Assembly (NCBI GenBank): GCA_043732185.1
Contig: JAYTHY010000079.1
Coordinates: 1-29,983 of the forward strand
Reading direction: 5' to 3'
Length of the DNA stretch: 29,983 nt
Source of the DNA: Fibrobacteria bacterium
Lineage (GTDB): Bacteria; Fibrobacterota; Fibrobacteria; UBA11236
Shown: piece after piece, positions 10,202-20,600 of the stretch
Position numbering within the stretch: position 1 is the stretch's first letter
Layout of the letters: the number at the start of each line of letters is the position of its first letter
Notes under the pieces: model-generated
Seen by the model: only the letters and a program-made list of their open reading frames with translations
The model's database searches: none
What the model was told of the DNA's origin: nothing
Translations under genes and position numbers: made by a program

Positions 10202-10327
10202 GATATGGATTACTTTTTGGGGCCAAGCAAAAAACCTGCTGCACTGAAATGTAAAATCACTATCTTTTTGCGCATCATTTTTACCAAGACGCGGGATACA
10301 AACACGTCAGCATCCATTGGGGAATCC

Positions 10328-11680
10328 ATGTTACGTTTCATTGTCGTTAAAAAACCCGTCGTGCCATGGACATTCGGCAAAAAATGGATCCTTTCCTTCA
10401 CATGTGTTTTTCTTCTTTTAGCAAACTTGACGGCCCGCACTACCGTCCAGGTTTACACCAGCATGGGAACTTTTACCATGCAGACATTCGAAGATCTCGC
10501 ACCGATTCCGTCCCTGAATTTTATCAACCTGGTTCGAAATAAATTTTATGACGGCATGACGTTCGACCGCGTTGTCAAGGATTCCTTAGTTCAAACCGGA
10601 GACGCCGCTACCAATGGGAAACCTGTTCCACCCGTCATCAAAGATCAATATGCGCCTTCGCTGATGCACAGCCAAGCGGGAAGGGTTGCCATGGTGAATG
10701 ATGGGCCGGGAACCTCAACCAGTCGGTTTGCCATCGACATGGGCCCGGCTCCGCTTTTGAATGCTCACAATGCTGTTTTTGCCCAGGTGGTTACCGGCCT
10801 GAATGTCGCCACCGCTATCAATCAGGTTCCGGTGGATGGAAACAAAAAACCGGTTACCGCGATTAAGTTGGACAGCATACGCGTCATTACGGACAAAATT
10901 CCGATAACTAGCCTCGGTACCGACGTTCAGTTTTATACGGACTGGGGAACTTTCAAAGTGCATGTCTATGAAGACATCGTCCCAATCACTGGAAACAATT
11001 TTTTGACTTTGGTTAAAAAGAAATATTACGACGGAGAATTGATCGACCGGGTCGCGCCTAATTGGGTCATTCAAATGGGGAACCCGTCTACAAATGGCAA
11101 GAAAGCGGAAGAGCCCGCCCCGATTCCCGAAGAATACAACGCCAAACTGTTGCACACCTTTGGCGGCCGAATTTCCATGGCTACAGACGGGCCCGGAACC
11201 GGAACATCCTATTTTGCCATACAACTAGGAGCCAGCCCATCAAATAATTATCACTATTCCGTATTTGCGGAAGTGTATTGGGGCATGGAAATCGTATGGG
11301 CCATTGGAGGCGCGCCAATCGATGCTTTGGAAAAACCTTTGACAGATATCCATCTTGACAGCATTCGGGTTATCAAGGCAGGAACTGTCGGACTTGCCCG
11401 ACCTGACTTTCCAAAATTGAAAACGGATAATGTGTCGTCAACTGCCGAATACACGTTAAACCGACGAGATGGAAAACTGATTTTAGCAGCAAACAAGATT
11501 ATAACGAAATTGCGAGCGGATGTGTATGATTCCAAAGGCAAGCTGGTTTTCTCAAAAACGGCGCTGCATTCCAGTCAGATGGTCCTATCGGATAAAGTGT
11601 TGGCTACTGGAACGTACCTGCTTAAAATCCATGACGGTAACGCAACCGTTACTTTGCCTTGCGACGTGTCGGCAGAATAA
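10328..11680 (+). CDS. Secreted tandem cyclophilin-type PPIase-like protein with T9SS-type C-terminal domain
   Basis: Signal peptide; two cyclophilin domains (YTSMGTF..NFINLV..FYDG..R..Q.GD and YTDWGTF..NFLTLV..YYDG..R..Q.GN); CTD with VYDSKGKLV and LATGTYLLKI. ATG 10328 follows a GGGGA SD-like sequence. Confidence 0.85.
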   Translation: MLRFIVVKKPVVPWTFGKKWILSFTCVFLLLANLTARTTVQVYTSMGTFTMQTFEDLAPIPSLNFINLVRNKFYDGMTFDRVVKDSLVQTGDAATNGKPVPPVIKDQYAPSLMHSQAGRVAMVNDGPGTSTSRFAIDMGPAPLLNAHNAVFAQVVTGLNVATAINQVPVDGNKKPVTAIKLDSIRVITDKIPITSLGTDVQFYTDWGTFKVHVYEDIVPITGNNFLTLVKKKYYDGELIDRVAPNWVIQMGNPSTNGKKAEEPAPIPEEYNAKLLHTFGGRISMATDGPGTGTSYFAIQLGASPSNNYHYSVFAEVYWGMEIVWAIGGAPIDALEKPLTDIHLDSIRVIKAGTVGLARPDFPKLKTDNVSSTAEYTLNRRDGKLILAANKIITKLRADVYDSKGKLVFSKTALHSSQMVLSDKVLATGTYLLKIHDGNATVTLPCDVSAE

Positions 11681-12887
11681 AAATGGAAGACATCAGCAAT
11701 CCGATAACCAAAGACGTGCCCACCAGTAACATGCTGAAACCGGTTTGTAACCCATCCAACGCATTTTGATCGAGCAGGCTTTTAAGGCTTTTGAAACCGA
11801 TATTTCCGGGTACCAGGAGGATCATACCCGGTAGCAACAAAAGCTGATTCGATCGTCCCGTAAAGAACCGGAAAATATGCGATACCGTTCCAATGATAAA
11901 AGCTCCCAAAAAGGCGCCTGCAAAGGGCCCTGCCATTCGGGTTCCCAGCTTGGCGCTGCCGTAGGCAATTAAACCGGCCAGTAAAATCCAGCCGGTATCG
12001 CGCCGCCTGGATTGAAAGAGAACCACCAATCCCAAGCTGGCGCACAATACTCCCAGCCATTCCGTCCAAGGTGAAAAAAACCAAACATCCGAGTGTTGCA
12101 ACACTGGAAATAATCGCGTGCCAATTTGATCGCCTACCACCACACCAAATCCCATTTGCACAAAAAGAATTCCAGCACCCGCCAAACGTGCCGTGCCTGA
12201 AACCAGGTTTTGCGTGGCCAATTCGGCCAAACCTACGGTAATCGTCAAACCTGGCAAAAGCACGATCAAGCCTGATAGCAATGTGGAGTAAACGGAGTCG
12301 TGTCCCAGTAAATACGCTAAGATATAGGCGGATAAGGCGGCCAAGGCGGAAGCCAACGTCGGAAACAAATGGGAAAAAATCCGGTTCCGACCCGCATTTA
12401 AAGACAGCACGCCAACCAGGATTCCTATCAAGCCTCCGGAAATGATTTCCTTCCATCCGCCATTGAATATCCTGGCTACGCCTGCAGAAACCATTCCGAA
12501 GCTGAGAACGGAAGCGAGCCTTCCCCAAATCACTGGATCGAGAAAAATATTTTCGAGTTCCTGCGCCGCGCGTTCGACATCAGTTTCATCCTGCAAAACC
12601 GCAAACGCCAATGCCTGGGTTCGGGTTAATTTTCCCAGATTTATTTCACCCGGTTCCACTCGGATAAGAAAGGTGGAATATCGATCTTGATCGAACAGCG
12701 CTAACGTGATCATGGTTGGCAATGCAAAAGCCTGAACTTGAAAACCCAATTTGGCAGACAAGGAATTAACCGTGCGCTCCAATTCATAGGAAGGCGCCCC
12801 GAAAATGTGTAAAGCCTTGGTTAAGCGCAATAAAAAGCCGACAGGTGTAGAGCCTGAGGGCCATCCGGCTTCTTGGGGAAAATTCAT
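11649..12887 (-). CDS. ThrE-family threonine/serine exporter (two-domain form)
   Basis: GAPSYELE, ALPTMI, RVEPGEINLGKL, IVLLPGL..TVGLAELA..NLVSG.ARL, second repeat LPGMILLVPG; about 10 TM helices. Confidence 0.9.
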   Translation of the reverse strand: MNFPQEAGWPSGSTPVGFLLRLTKALHIFGAPSYELERTVNSLSAKLGFQVQAFALPTMITLALFDQDRYSTFLIRVEPGEINLGKLTRTQALAFAVLQDETDVERAAQELENIFLDPVIWGRLASVLSFGMVSAGVARIFNGGWKEIISGGLIGILVGVLSLNAGRNRIFSHLFPTLASALAALSAYILAYLLGHDSVYSTLLSGLIVLLPGLTITVGLAELATQNLVSGTARLAGAGILFVQMGFGVVVGDQIGTRLFPVLQHSDVWFFSPWTEWLGVLCASLGLVVLFQSRRRDTGWILLAGLIAYGSAKLGTRMAGPFAGAFLGAFIIGTVSHIFRFFTGRSNQLLLLPGMILLVPGNIGFKSLKSLLDQNALDGLQTGFSMLLVGTSLVIGLLMSSIFILPTRRKAK

Positions 12888-13013
12888 TGTTTAGGAAACT
12901 GCCTTTTTCGAAATTTCCTGGCAACTTGGGATATGCAATGGCTCCAAACGCATCTGGCCCAGTTCAGGGAAAGAAATTACTTTTCGTGTCGTACCCAATC
13001 CAGAAAGTCTACC

Positions 13014-15281
13014 ATGCTTCCTGTTGCGAAAGCACACGTTCTCCGACTTTCCAAGGCATTCACAGTATATGGCAAGGTATTCCAGGTGTTCGGCAAGTCC
13101 TGCATAGTAATTGGTTTATTGGCGTTGTGTGCAGGATTGAACAGAAGCGAGGCGGAATCGGCGCCTGCATTTCATCTGCAAGACATCGAGGGCCACACTT
13201 TCAATTTGGATCAGCAATTGGGCCGGGATATTCTACTCGTCAATTTCTGGGCTACTTTTTGCATTCCTTGTTTGTCGGAATTGGACACCTTTAGCAACCT
13301 CCAAAATCGCCATGGCCGTCAAGGATTCAGGGTGATTGCCGTGTCCGTCGATCAGCCGCAAACGCAGGCGCGCGTGCGCTCTTTTGCCCTGGCCAAGGCC
13401 TTTCCATTTCCGGTACTGTTCGATCCCGATCAGCAAGGTTATCGGCTATACCAGATTTCGGTATTGCCAACCACCGTGCTTATCGATCGACATGGGCAAA
13501 TTGTTTTCCGCAAAGAGGGTTTCGAACCAGGAGACGAGGTGGATCTGGAACGCCGTATTGTGGAGCTGTTGGAGAAACCCCAAAGCATAGACACTGCCAA
13601 AGATTCGGCAACACTTGACCCTACTCCTTCCTCCCTGGTAAAAGATTCAGTGCAGCATTCGCTTTCCAGTTCTCCCGACACCAAAGCTGTTTCAGAACCT
13701 GTTGGAGATTGGCTTCGAGGGGTATCCCTTTCCGGTTCCAACTTTTTGCGCGCCGATTATGGCCGGGAAACCCGGGAGCTTCCCGCGCCCAACGGCTGGT
13801 GGGAAGACTGGTTTGATTTTCGAATCGCTAATGAAAAGCTGTCCTACCAGGGACGATTCCGTGGCTATCAGTTCCTGCGCGACCTTCCGGAATCCCATGC
13901 GAACTTCATTCGCAATCCCAATCAGAGAGTGGTCAGCCAAACTTTTGCATATCAAAGCAACCATGCCGATATACGGGCTGGAAATTTCTATGGAACTCTG
14001 AATCGCGGTTTAGTGCTTAGAACTTTTGAAGATCGACAAGCCCGTATCGATAAAAACGTAAAAGGAGCGTGGGCTTCTTTGAAAGGCGGTAACTCCTCCG
14101 CTACCTTGGGACGCGCGCGACTTTCTGTATTTGGAGGCAATACCTATTCCAGCTTTATCGATTTGTACAGTATGGATGCCGAAGAAAATCAGCTTCGCGA
14201 TGTTTACCTGCAAGGGCTTGAAGGCGAGTGGTCGCCGCGCACAGGTATAACAATGGGAGCGCAGTATCTGGAAGCCTTTCGACAAGACTGGCATATTAAC
14301 TTGGCCGGCGGAAATTTGGAAGTGCTGCGTGGACGCACCTCTCTTTACCTTGGGTATGTGGGCCTTAAAGGCGAGAACCAATTCAATTATCCCAATACGT
14401 ATCATGGCCGCGCGCTCTATGGAGCCCTTTCCGGGAACCTAGGGCGTCTGGAATTGGGTGGGGAATTCAAATACTATTACAATTACGATTTGGGGTTTGC
14501 CGATCCTCCCAGCTTGGTCAAATACCACACCTTTCGATTGATGGCCCGGGATATTCTGTTCCCCAACAATCAACGGGAGGCAGGAGTCCAAACGCACGGA
14601 ACGTGGCAATTTTCTCCGGAGAGTTTTTATGCCTTGAACCTCTCTTCGCTGCTTTCACATCCTGAGCGAAATCCATCTTTGCTCATCCACCACGTTGACC
14701 TGCCTTTTTTGGATTTAGATCAAACTTTCCAATTTACCACACCCGATCAAAGCCGGCTGCTTCTAGGTTTGAACTGGAATCGCCAACGGAAATTTGAATT
14801 CGGTTCTTTCGAGGATATCCATGCACTTACTGGCGGCCTGACGGCGAACAAACCATTGACGGGCCCTTGGCATGTGCAGGGAGAGTTCGAATTGCAACGC
14901 CGCTTCACAAAATTCGACTCGCTGCTCCCTCCCGATGTGCAGACGGGCAGGCTTGGGGAAGTCGGAGCCCAGTACTACCACGAATCCCCTTGGCATAGCG
15001 TCCTCTCCACCACGCTTAGCCGCAATTCCGCTTGGACATTCACCCTGGACTATGAAGTGACGACTTCCGATAAGGAAAAAGACGCCGACTCCTGGCATTA
15101 TCAACTGCCCGGAATCACGAATGGCTGGGCATCCGCGTATTTGACTCTATCTGTAATTGAAGGGAATCAAATCAGTTTATGGGGCGGACAGCGCAAGGAT
15201 AGAGTCGCATGCTCAGGTGGAAGCTGTCGGATCGAGCCGCCTTTTGAAGGAGGCGAACTAATATGGATCTCCCATTTCTGA
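13014..15281 (+). CDS. TlpA/ResA-like thioredoxin fused to a DUF6029-like outer-membrane beta-barrel
   Basis: APAFHLQDIEG, LLVNFWATFCIPC, cis-Pro VLPTTVLID; Ser/Pro-rich linker; barrel with IRAGNFYGTLNRGLVLR, C-terminal VACSGGSCRIEPPFEG and terminal Phe. Start uncertain (13014 ATG or 13086 GTG; 12873 overlaps the divergent gene). Confidence 0.8.
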   Translation: MLPVAKAHVLRLSKAFTVYGKVFQVFGKSCIVIGLLALCAGLNRSEAESAPAFHLQDIEGHTFNLDQQLGRDILLVNFWATFCIPCLSELDTFSNLQNRHGRQGFRVIAVSVDQPQTQARVRSFALAKAFPFPVLFDPDQQGYRLYQISVLPTTVLIDRHGQIVFRKEGFEPGDEVDLERRIVELLEKPQSIDTAKDSATLDPTPSSLVKDSVQHSLSSSPDTKAVSEPVGDWLRGVSLSGSNFLRADYGRETRELPAPNGWWEDWFDFRIANEKLSYQGRFRGYQFLRDLPESHANFIRNPNQRVVSQTFAYQSNHADIRAGNFYGTLNRGLVLRTFEDRQARIDKNVKGAWASLKGGNSSATLGRARLSVFGGNTYSSFIDLYSMDAEENQLRDVYLQGLEGEWSPRTGITMGAQYLEAFRQDWHINLAGGNLEVLRGRTSLYLGYVGLKGENQFNYPNTYHGRALYGALSGNLGRLELGGEFKYYYNYDLGFADPPSLVKYHTFRLMARDILFPNNQREAGVQTHGTWQFSPESFYALNLSSLLSHPERNPSLLIHHVDLPFLDLDQTFQFTTPDQSRLLLGLNWNRQRKFEFGSFEDIHALTGGLTANKPLTGPWHVQGEFELQRRFTKFDSLLPPDVQTGRLGEVGAQYYHESPWHSVLSTTLSRNSAWTFTLDYEVTTSDKEKDADSWHYQLPGITNGWASAYLTLSVIEGNQISLWGGQRKDRVACSGGSCRIEPPFEGGELIWISHF

Positions 15282-16201
15282 AAATCAGGGGCGTCCACTT
15301 GCACCGACTTGAATTTGTTTTCGCCGTCCTCCTATCCTTCACGCTCTTACATTGCCAAAACTTTGACGATCCCAGTTTGGAATGGGATCCCACTCAAAAC
15401 GATTCCACACTTATGGCTTTAAAGACACAAGAACATTACCCGGTGGCACGCAAGTCTATTCTGGAATCGTTCGGCTCTTTTGGTTGCGTGTCTTGTGCTT
15501 ACGCCGAGGCTTTGCTCATACCGTACATCAATGCGGAGCTGAATGCGCCTGGCTATAATCCAAATCTAATTGTAGTGATTTATCACATCAAATTTGGCAC
15601 CATCCAAGATCCCTGGGTAACGGCAGCGACCCAAGCCCGCTACGACGCCAGTTTTTCCAGCAGTCTCCCGCAAGCTACCCTGAACGGTTCCAATGCCCCC
15701 TATGGAATTCGGGAAACGGGCGTGCGCTATGATCAAGGGGAATATGATTCTTTGGTTTATCGGATTAGAAATCTTGCGCCACTCACCTATCTCGATTTGC
15801 TATTGGATACCGTCGCTTCAACTTTCGACAGCACCACTGGAAACAGATTGGTACGCTTTACCGTCTATAACCGGGACACCGTATCCCGCAGCGCGCTGGC
15901 CTTTAGCGTCATGGCCGTAAAAAACCGTTCCGTAAAATTTCCACTCAATCCCAAACCTTGGGAAGCGATCGTTGCGGAAACTACGGACAAAGATATCGCT
16001 GGAAAGCCGATGACGGTGACGGGACTTCCGCCTTTGACGGCCAAAACATTCACCGCAAAGTTGATCTTGGGATTGGAATCCATCAAGAATCCGCCACCCC
16101 CGGATCCCGAAAACCCAGCGGACTATGGATTGGTAGTTGTTGCCAAGGATGGCCAGGGCTTAGTGCAAAACGTTGTTTTCAGCCAATACCAACCACACTA
16201 A
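15263..16201 (+). CDS. Omp28-like thioredoxin-fold lipoprotein
   Basis: Lipobox-like TLLHC; ILESFGSFGCVSC, VVIYH, DPW, ARY, SLPQATLNG, followed by an Ig-like C-terminal part; AGGAGG 9 nt upstream. Confidence 0.75.
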   Translation: MDLPFLKIRGVHLHRLEFVFAVLLSFTLLHCQNFDDPSLEWDPTQNDSTLMALKTQEHYPVARKSILESFGSFGCVSCAYAEALLIPYINAELNAPGYNPNLIVVIYHIKFGTIQDPWVTAATQARYDASFSSSLPQATLNGSNAPYGIRETGVRYDQGEYDSLVYRIRNLAPLTYLDLLLDTVASTFDSTTGNRLVRFTVYNRDTVSRSALAFSVMAVKNRSVKFPLNPKPWEAIVAETTDKDIAGKPMTVTGLPPLTAKTFTAKLILGLESIKNPPPPDPENPADYGLVVVAKDGQGLVQNVVFSQYQPH

Positions 16202-16258
16202 TAGACTACAGTCATCGCAACAAGACGGAAAAGGGGTTTAAGATTATACTTTAGCCAA

Positions 16259-17002
16259 ATGGGAGGCTTTGTGAAAAATATTTGTCTATTTGTCCTAGGA
16301 CTGCTTGGCGCAACTTTAACTTTCGGTGATGAAGGAGATGTGGGGACCCAAGCCTATTTTTGGACGGGTTATAAATCCTTGGACAGTGTGACTTATCCAA
16401 ATCCAGCGGGTTTAAGCTTAACTAGTTTTCGCGGTAAGGCCATACTGCTGGATGTTTTTATGTACACCTGCGGAGGATGCATGGCCAATGCTCCGGCGAT
16501 TGGAGCATTGGCTGACAGCTTGGGATCGGGAAATCCATCCATTCCTTTTCAGGCCGTAGGCACTGAAATCGCCAATGCAACATTCTCGGATATCCAGGTT
16601 CAATATAACGCGAAACTTTTAAGTAAGGCACCCAAGGTAAAGTTTCCCTTGGTGCGTGTCCCTTTCGACACCGCAATTACCACTATTTCCGGCCTTGCAA
16701 CGGTATGGCATCGATACAATTCCTTTCGAGATGTTTACTTCGTCATCGATCATAACGGTAAAATCACTGCTCGCATTGAAGGAGATACTCGTAGTAAGAT
16801 GACCACGACTCAATACGCTTCCTTAAGGACCGCCCTCATCGCTGCTATCGCACAGGTACCAACAGGAATCGTTATTCGTCCTCGCGAGAAAACAGAGCTA
16901 CATAAAAATGCGGTTACGTGGAAAATTATGGATCTTCAGGGCCGTACGTTGCGCACATGGTCTAAAGGTGCAAATAGCGTACTTTATTTCCCACGATTGT
17001 GA
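16259..17002 (+). CDS. Secreted redoxin (AhpC/TSA-like thioredoxin fold, CGGC) with short basic C-terminal tail
   Basis: Signal peptide; SLTSFRGKAILLDVFMYTCGGC, YFVIDHNGKI; tail ..IMDLQGR..VLYFPRL. Alternative start GTG 16271 after GGAGG. Confidence 0.75.
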   Translation: MGGFVKNICLFVLGLLGATLTFGDEGDVGTQAYFWTGYKSLDSVTYPNPAGLSLTSFRGKAILLDVFMYTCGGCMANAPAIGALADSLGSGNPSIPFQAVGTEIANATFSDIQVQYNAKLLSKAPKVKFPLVRVPFDTAITTISGLATVWHRYNSFRDVYFVIDHNGKITARIEGDTRSKMTTTQYASLRTALIAAIAQVPTGIVIRPREKTELHKNAVTWKIMDLQGRTLRTWSKGANSVLYFPRL

Positions 17003-17693
17003 AATCGGATCGCCTTGGCCGATAGCCGGCCACCGGCCTTACCGGTGGTAGAAAGCCACTGTCCCATTCTAACTTCCAAGCACCGAAACCGAATACAGTA
17101 TCCGCTTGTCCCGTGCTACGGGATCTGACGAACAATAACGCACCAAAAATACTGTTGGCCGGGGCCGTGAACTTGAATACGCGCATATCAACTGCGCCCC
17201 AAAATTGAAAATGATGCTCGGTTTCAAAGCTTGGCTTCCCAGATGCCAGCGTGTCCCCAAAATGAAACACTCCATTGGCCCCATGAACATTGGCTTTGAG
17301 CCCAAGCAAGCAGTTGCCGTCTGGACAAATCTGCAAATCCCAATCGTTGCCGGTGTCCGCAGGGGCACCCAGGGAATCGGGGACATCTTGGGGTAAGGCC
17401 CATAGCGTATCGATACCCACGTAAAAGCTATCCGGATAGTGGCTGGAATCACCGTAGGTCCAGGCGAATAGGAGGCTTCCGTGACTCGTGTCAATATCAA
17501 TACCACTGGTTGAGTCGTAGGTGCGGTACCATCTAGGATCGTAGCGCAGTTCTCGAAATTTTGCTTGACCTTTGACCGGAGGAGTTTCCTGGATGGGGTC
17601 GTTGAAGAGTAAGCAACTCGTTAAAATCATGCCGCCAAGAGCTAGTTCGGCAAAAACCTTTAGATCTACCCCAACAATTTTCTTAAGGATCAA
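16962..17693 (-). CDS. Hypothetical lipoprotein
   Basis: Lipobox LTSC; beta-rich; Cys pair CPDGNC. Overlaps the end of the large upstream lipoprotein gene; start uncertain. Confidence 0.65.
   Translation of the reverse strand: MILKKIVGVDLKVFAELALGGMILTSCLLFNDPIQETPPVKGQAKFRELRYDPRWYRTYDSTSGIDIDTSHGSLLFAWTYGDSSHYPDSFYVGIDTLWALPQDVPDSLGAPADTGNDWDLQICPDGNCLLGLKANVHGANGVFHFGDTLASGKPSFETEHHFQFWGAVDMRVFKFTAPANSIFGALLFVRSRSTGQADTVFGFGAWKLEWDSGFLPPVRPVAGYRPRRSDFTIVGNKVRYLHL
17030..17048. terminator. GC-rich hairpin at a convergent gene junction
   Basis: CCACCGG-CCTTA-CCGGTGG is a perfect 7-bp stem about 30 nt after the redoxin stop, overlapping a second stem GGCCG-ATAGC-CGGCC. It has no U-tract and lies inside the opposite-strand CDS. 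Confidence 0.25.
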
Positions 17694-20600
17694 AAGAAGT
17701 TTTCCATACTGTTAACCGTGCGTTTTCAGAAATATCAGTATAAGCAAGAAATGGAACCCCCAATTCATCAACCGCCAATGAAAGATTTGCGAGGTCCGTG
17801 GTAAACCCCCGGACACCAACGGTTTCCCACATCGTCCCATTAAAGCGCATAATTGTTGCACTTGACCCAGTGCCTTCGCCATTAAAGGCAACATAAGGAA
17901 CACCAGCTGAACTGACTACTACTGAAGTCATTGTAACTGGAACCAGCGAGAAGCCGGCAACGCCTAAGATTTGCCAACTCCCCTTTCTAAAAACCATTAC
18001 AGTAATTTTAGATTCGTTTAAATTATCAGAAAAGGCGACAATTGGCTCTCCCAGCGCCGTCATTGCAAGGGAATAAATACCAGACCCGCTAACATCAGCA
18101 AAGCCTGAATTACCAACCACTTCCCAATCAGTCCCAATAAATTTTAATATTGAAAGACTGGAATGAGATTGACCTGCAACGAAAGGCACTTCGTTATTAT
18201 CAATGGCAATTGCAGATCCATTATTGATTCCGTGGGTAAGATTTATTCCTTGAATATTCCCTAGTTTATCCCAAGAATTTCCATTATAGCGCATTACCTC
18301 ATCCCATGAGGCGACAAAGGGGATGTCCTTCTTCGAAAGCACGAGCGTCGGATTAATGACCTTGGAAGCAGAAAATCCGGGGAGACCAACATTGATCCAA
18401 CTTGTTCCGGTAAATCGTTTAACTGTAGTGCGGCCATTTTGAGTTGAGTCTGAAGCAGCAATATAAGGGTAGCCAGTACTGCTCAAAGCCATGGATGCAT
18501 GCCAATCATTAGCAGGTAACAAGCCCGTATTACCAACTGCCTCCCAAGAACCTCCATTGAACTTCATTACAGTCACTTTGAACTCATCCTCAGGATTAGT
18601 ATAGCTGATATACAGTCCACCGACCTTTGTTATTCCAATGGATAGATGGTAGGCCGTACCTGCTGTAAATCCCGCATTTCCAACTACTTCCCTCAAAGCA
18701 ACCACAATTTCTTTGGAAGCCGTCAACGACCAATTCCCCGCTGAGTCCCCTTCCTGAACATACAGAGTATGCTTCCCTTGGACCAAATTACCTGTTGGCT
18801 TAAAACTCGCATTCTTCAAAACGCCGGCACCCAAATTAATATCAGCCGTATCAATCCTATATCGATACAACCCAATGCCTCCACCTCCACTGACCCAAGT
18901 CCAAATCGGTTGCAAACTATTCAAAGGTGACCTGGGTGTAACGTTAAAAATGGGTGCATTTGGAGGCGTCAGATCAACTCGAAGCGCCACACTGGATGTA
19001 GACGACCAATTACCAGCGGAGTCTCTTTCCTGAACATAAAGAATATGATTCCCTTCAGTAAGATTCGTCGTGGATTGGAATTTAGCCTGAGTAACTTGCA
19101 CCGTACCCGTTGTCATGGCGTTATTGTCGATTTTGCATCGATAAACTCCCATACCATCGTTTGCTCCTGAAATCCATTCCCATATTGGTTTGGCATTGCT
19201 GGTCACAGAAATAAAACCAGCTAATGGGAGCGGCGCGAGTGGACCAGTCAGGTCAATTTTTATTGAACTTCGCCCGGATTGAGACCAATTGCCTGCTTGG
19301 TCTTTTTCTTGAACAAAAAGGGTGTGAACACCCTCAGCTAATTCAGTAACGGCTATAAACAGAGTATCCATAAGTTCAGTAGAGCCCAACATGTCTTCTT
19401 TATCTAGTCGGTATCGGAATGTACCGCTTCCACCGCCACCGCCTGCCCAAGTCCACGAAGGCAGCGAAATATTCACCGGAGTCAACCCATGTACAATTGG
19501 TTTCATGGGGGAAATTGTATCCAAAGTTACGGTGATCATACTGGAAAAAAGCGCCCCCAATGCATCTTTAGCAGAACGAACAATAGTATTACTGCCTGGA
19601 TTAAGAACTTCTTTCAAAAGGGTGTCTTGGGCCTTGCTATCTATGCTCCATACAACCTCAATTGTAGATTTGTTCGTAAAAGAATTATTGAGCGGTGACA
19701 GGATTTGAACAACCGGGCCCTTAACAGCCTTTACTTTTTTTGTGGCCGTAGTATCGTTTCCTTCTGTGTCCTTCACATAGAAAACCGAAAAATATTCCTT
19801 CTCTTGATCATATTTATAGGAAACCGATTTTAACACGGTAGACGAATCATCCCAAACTCCATTTCCATCCAAGTCCCATTTAAACTGCTCAACCTTTCCA
19901 AACTCTTGAATTACCGTCGGAAGAAAGGAGATTTGTTTACCCAGAGAAATAACTGTATCGCGACCCACAAATAAAAGCGGCGTATCCCGTTTCACAATCA
20001 CTTCCGTCCCATCCTGTTTGGTACTGTCTGCACGCGAAATGCCGACTATATGCGTTCTTCCCGCTTTTTGTGACAGTACTTGACCAGATCCATTTACCGA
20101 TGCTACCGATGGATCCGAGGAGCGCCAGAAAATCAAATTGGCAAGGTTTTTGGGATATAAACTGCCGACCAACTGGCCATTTGGACCTCCAGTAAAAAGC
20201 CGGAGGGAATCCGGTTTGACCACAAGACTGTCGACTCTTTGGACTGGAAATACGTTTACCTTAAGGGTATCCACCTTGGCTAGATTTTCGATTGAACGCG
20301 CAACTACAAAAGTGATGCCTTCGGCTAGGCCGGTAAGCCAATTATTATTCAAAGTTATTTTTGAAGAATCGGTAAGTGAAAATTTTACCCCCTGGGCTGC
20401 TTTCGATGGTGAAATTTCCACCATAAGGCTTTCTGCAGATCCACCCACAAAAAGATCTGTTGAATCTTTTGGAAACCTAAGGCTCACAACGGGTACGGGG
20501 TCTGAAACTTCAATACCAATTGAATCGATAATGGTTGCCCTTACCATAGAAACCGCCCAAAGCTTACTATTGCCTTTTTTCAATCCTGTCACAAGCCCTT

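Noticed and set aside
10139..10327. N-terminal extension of the cyclophilin ORF
   Set aside because: It would bury the signal peptide and fill the divergent promoter region; ATG 10328 has an SD-like sequence.
11782..12528. 248-aa alternative-frame ORF inside thrE
   Set aside because: Arg-rich shadow of a hydrophobic gene, with no motifs or initiation signal.
12873..13013. N-terminal extension of the TlpA-barrel ORF
   Set aside because: It overlaps the divergent thrE start and leaves no promoter space.
13014..17002. Selenocysteine recoding in the redox cluster
   Set aside because: All redox motifs use TGC/TGT, and the TGA stops fall at natural C-termini.
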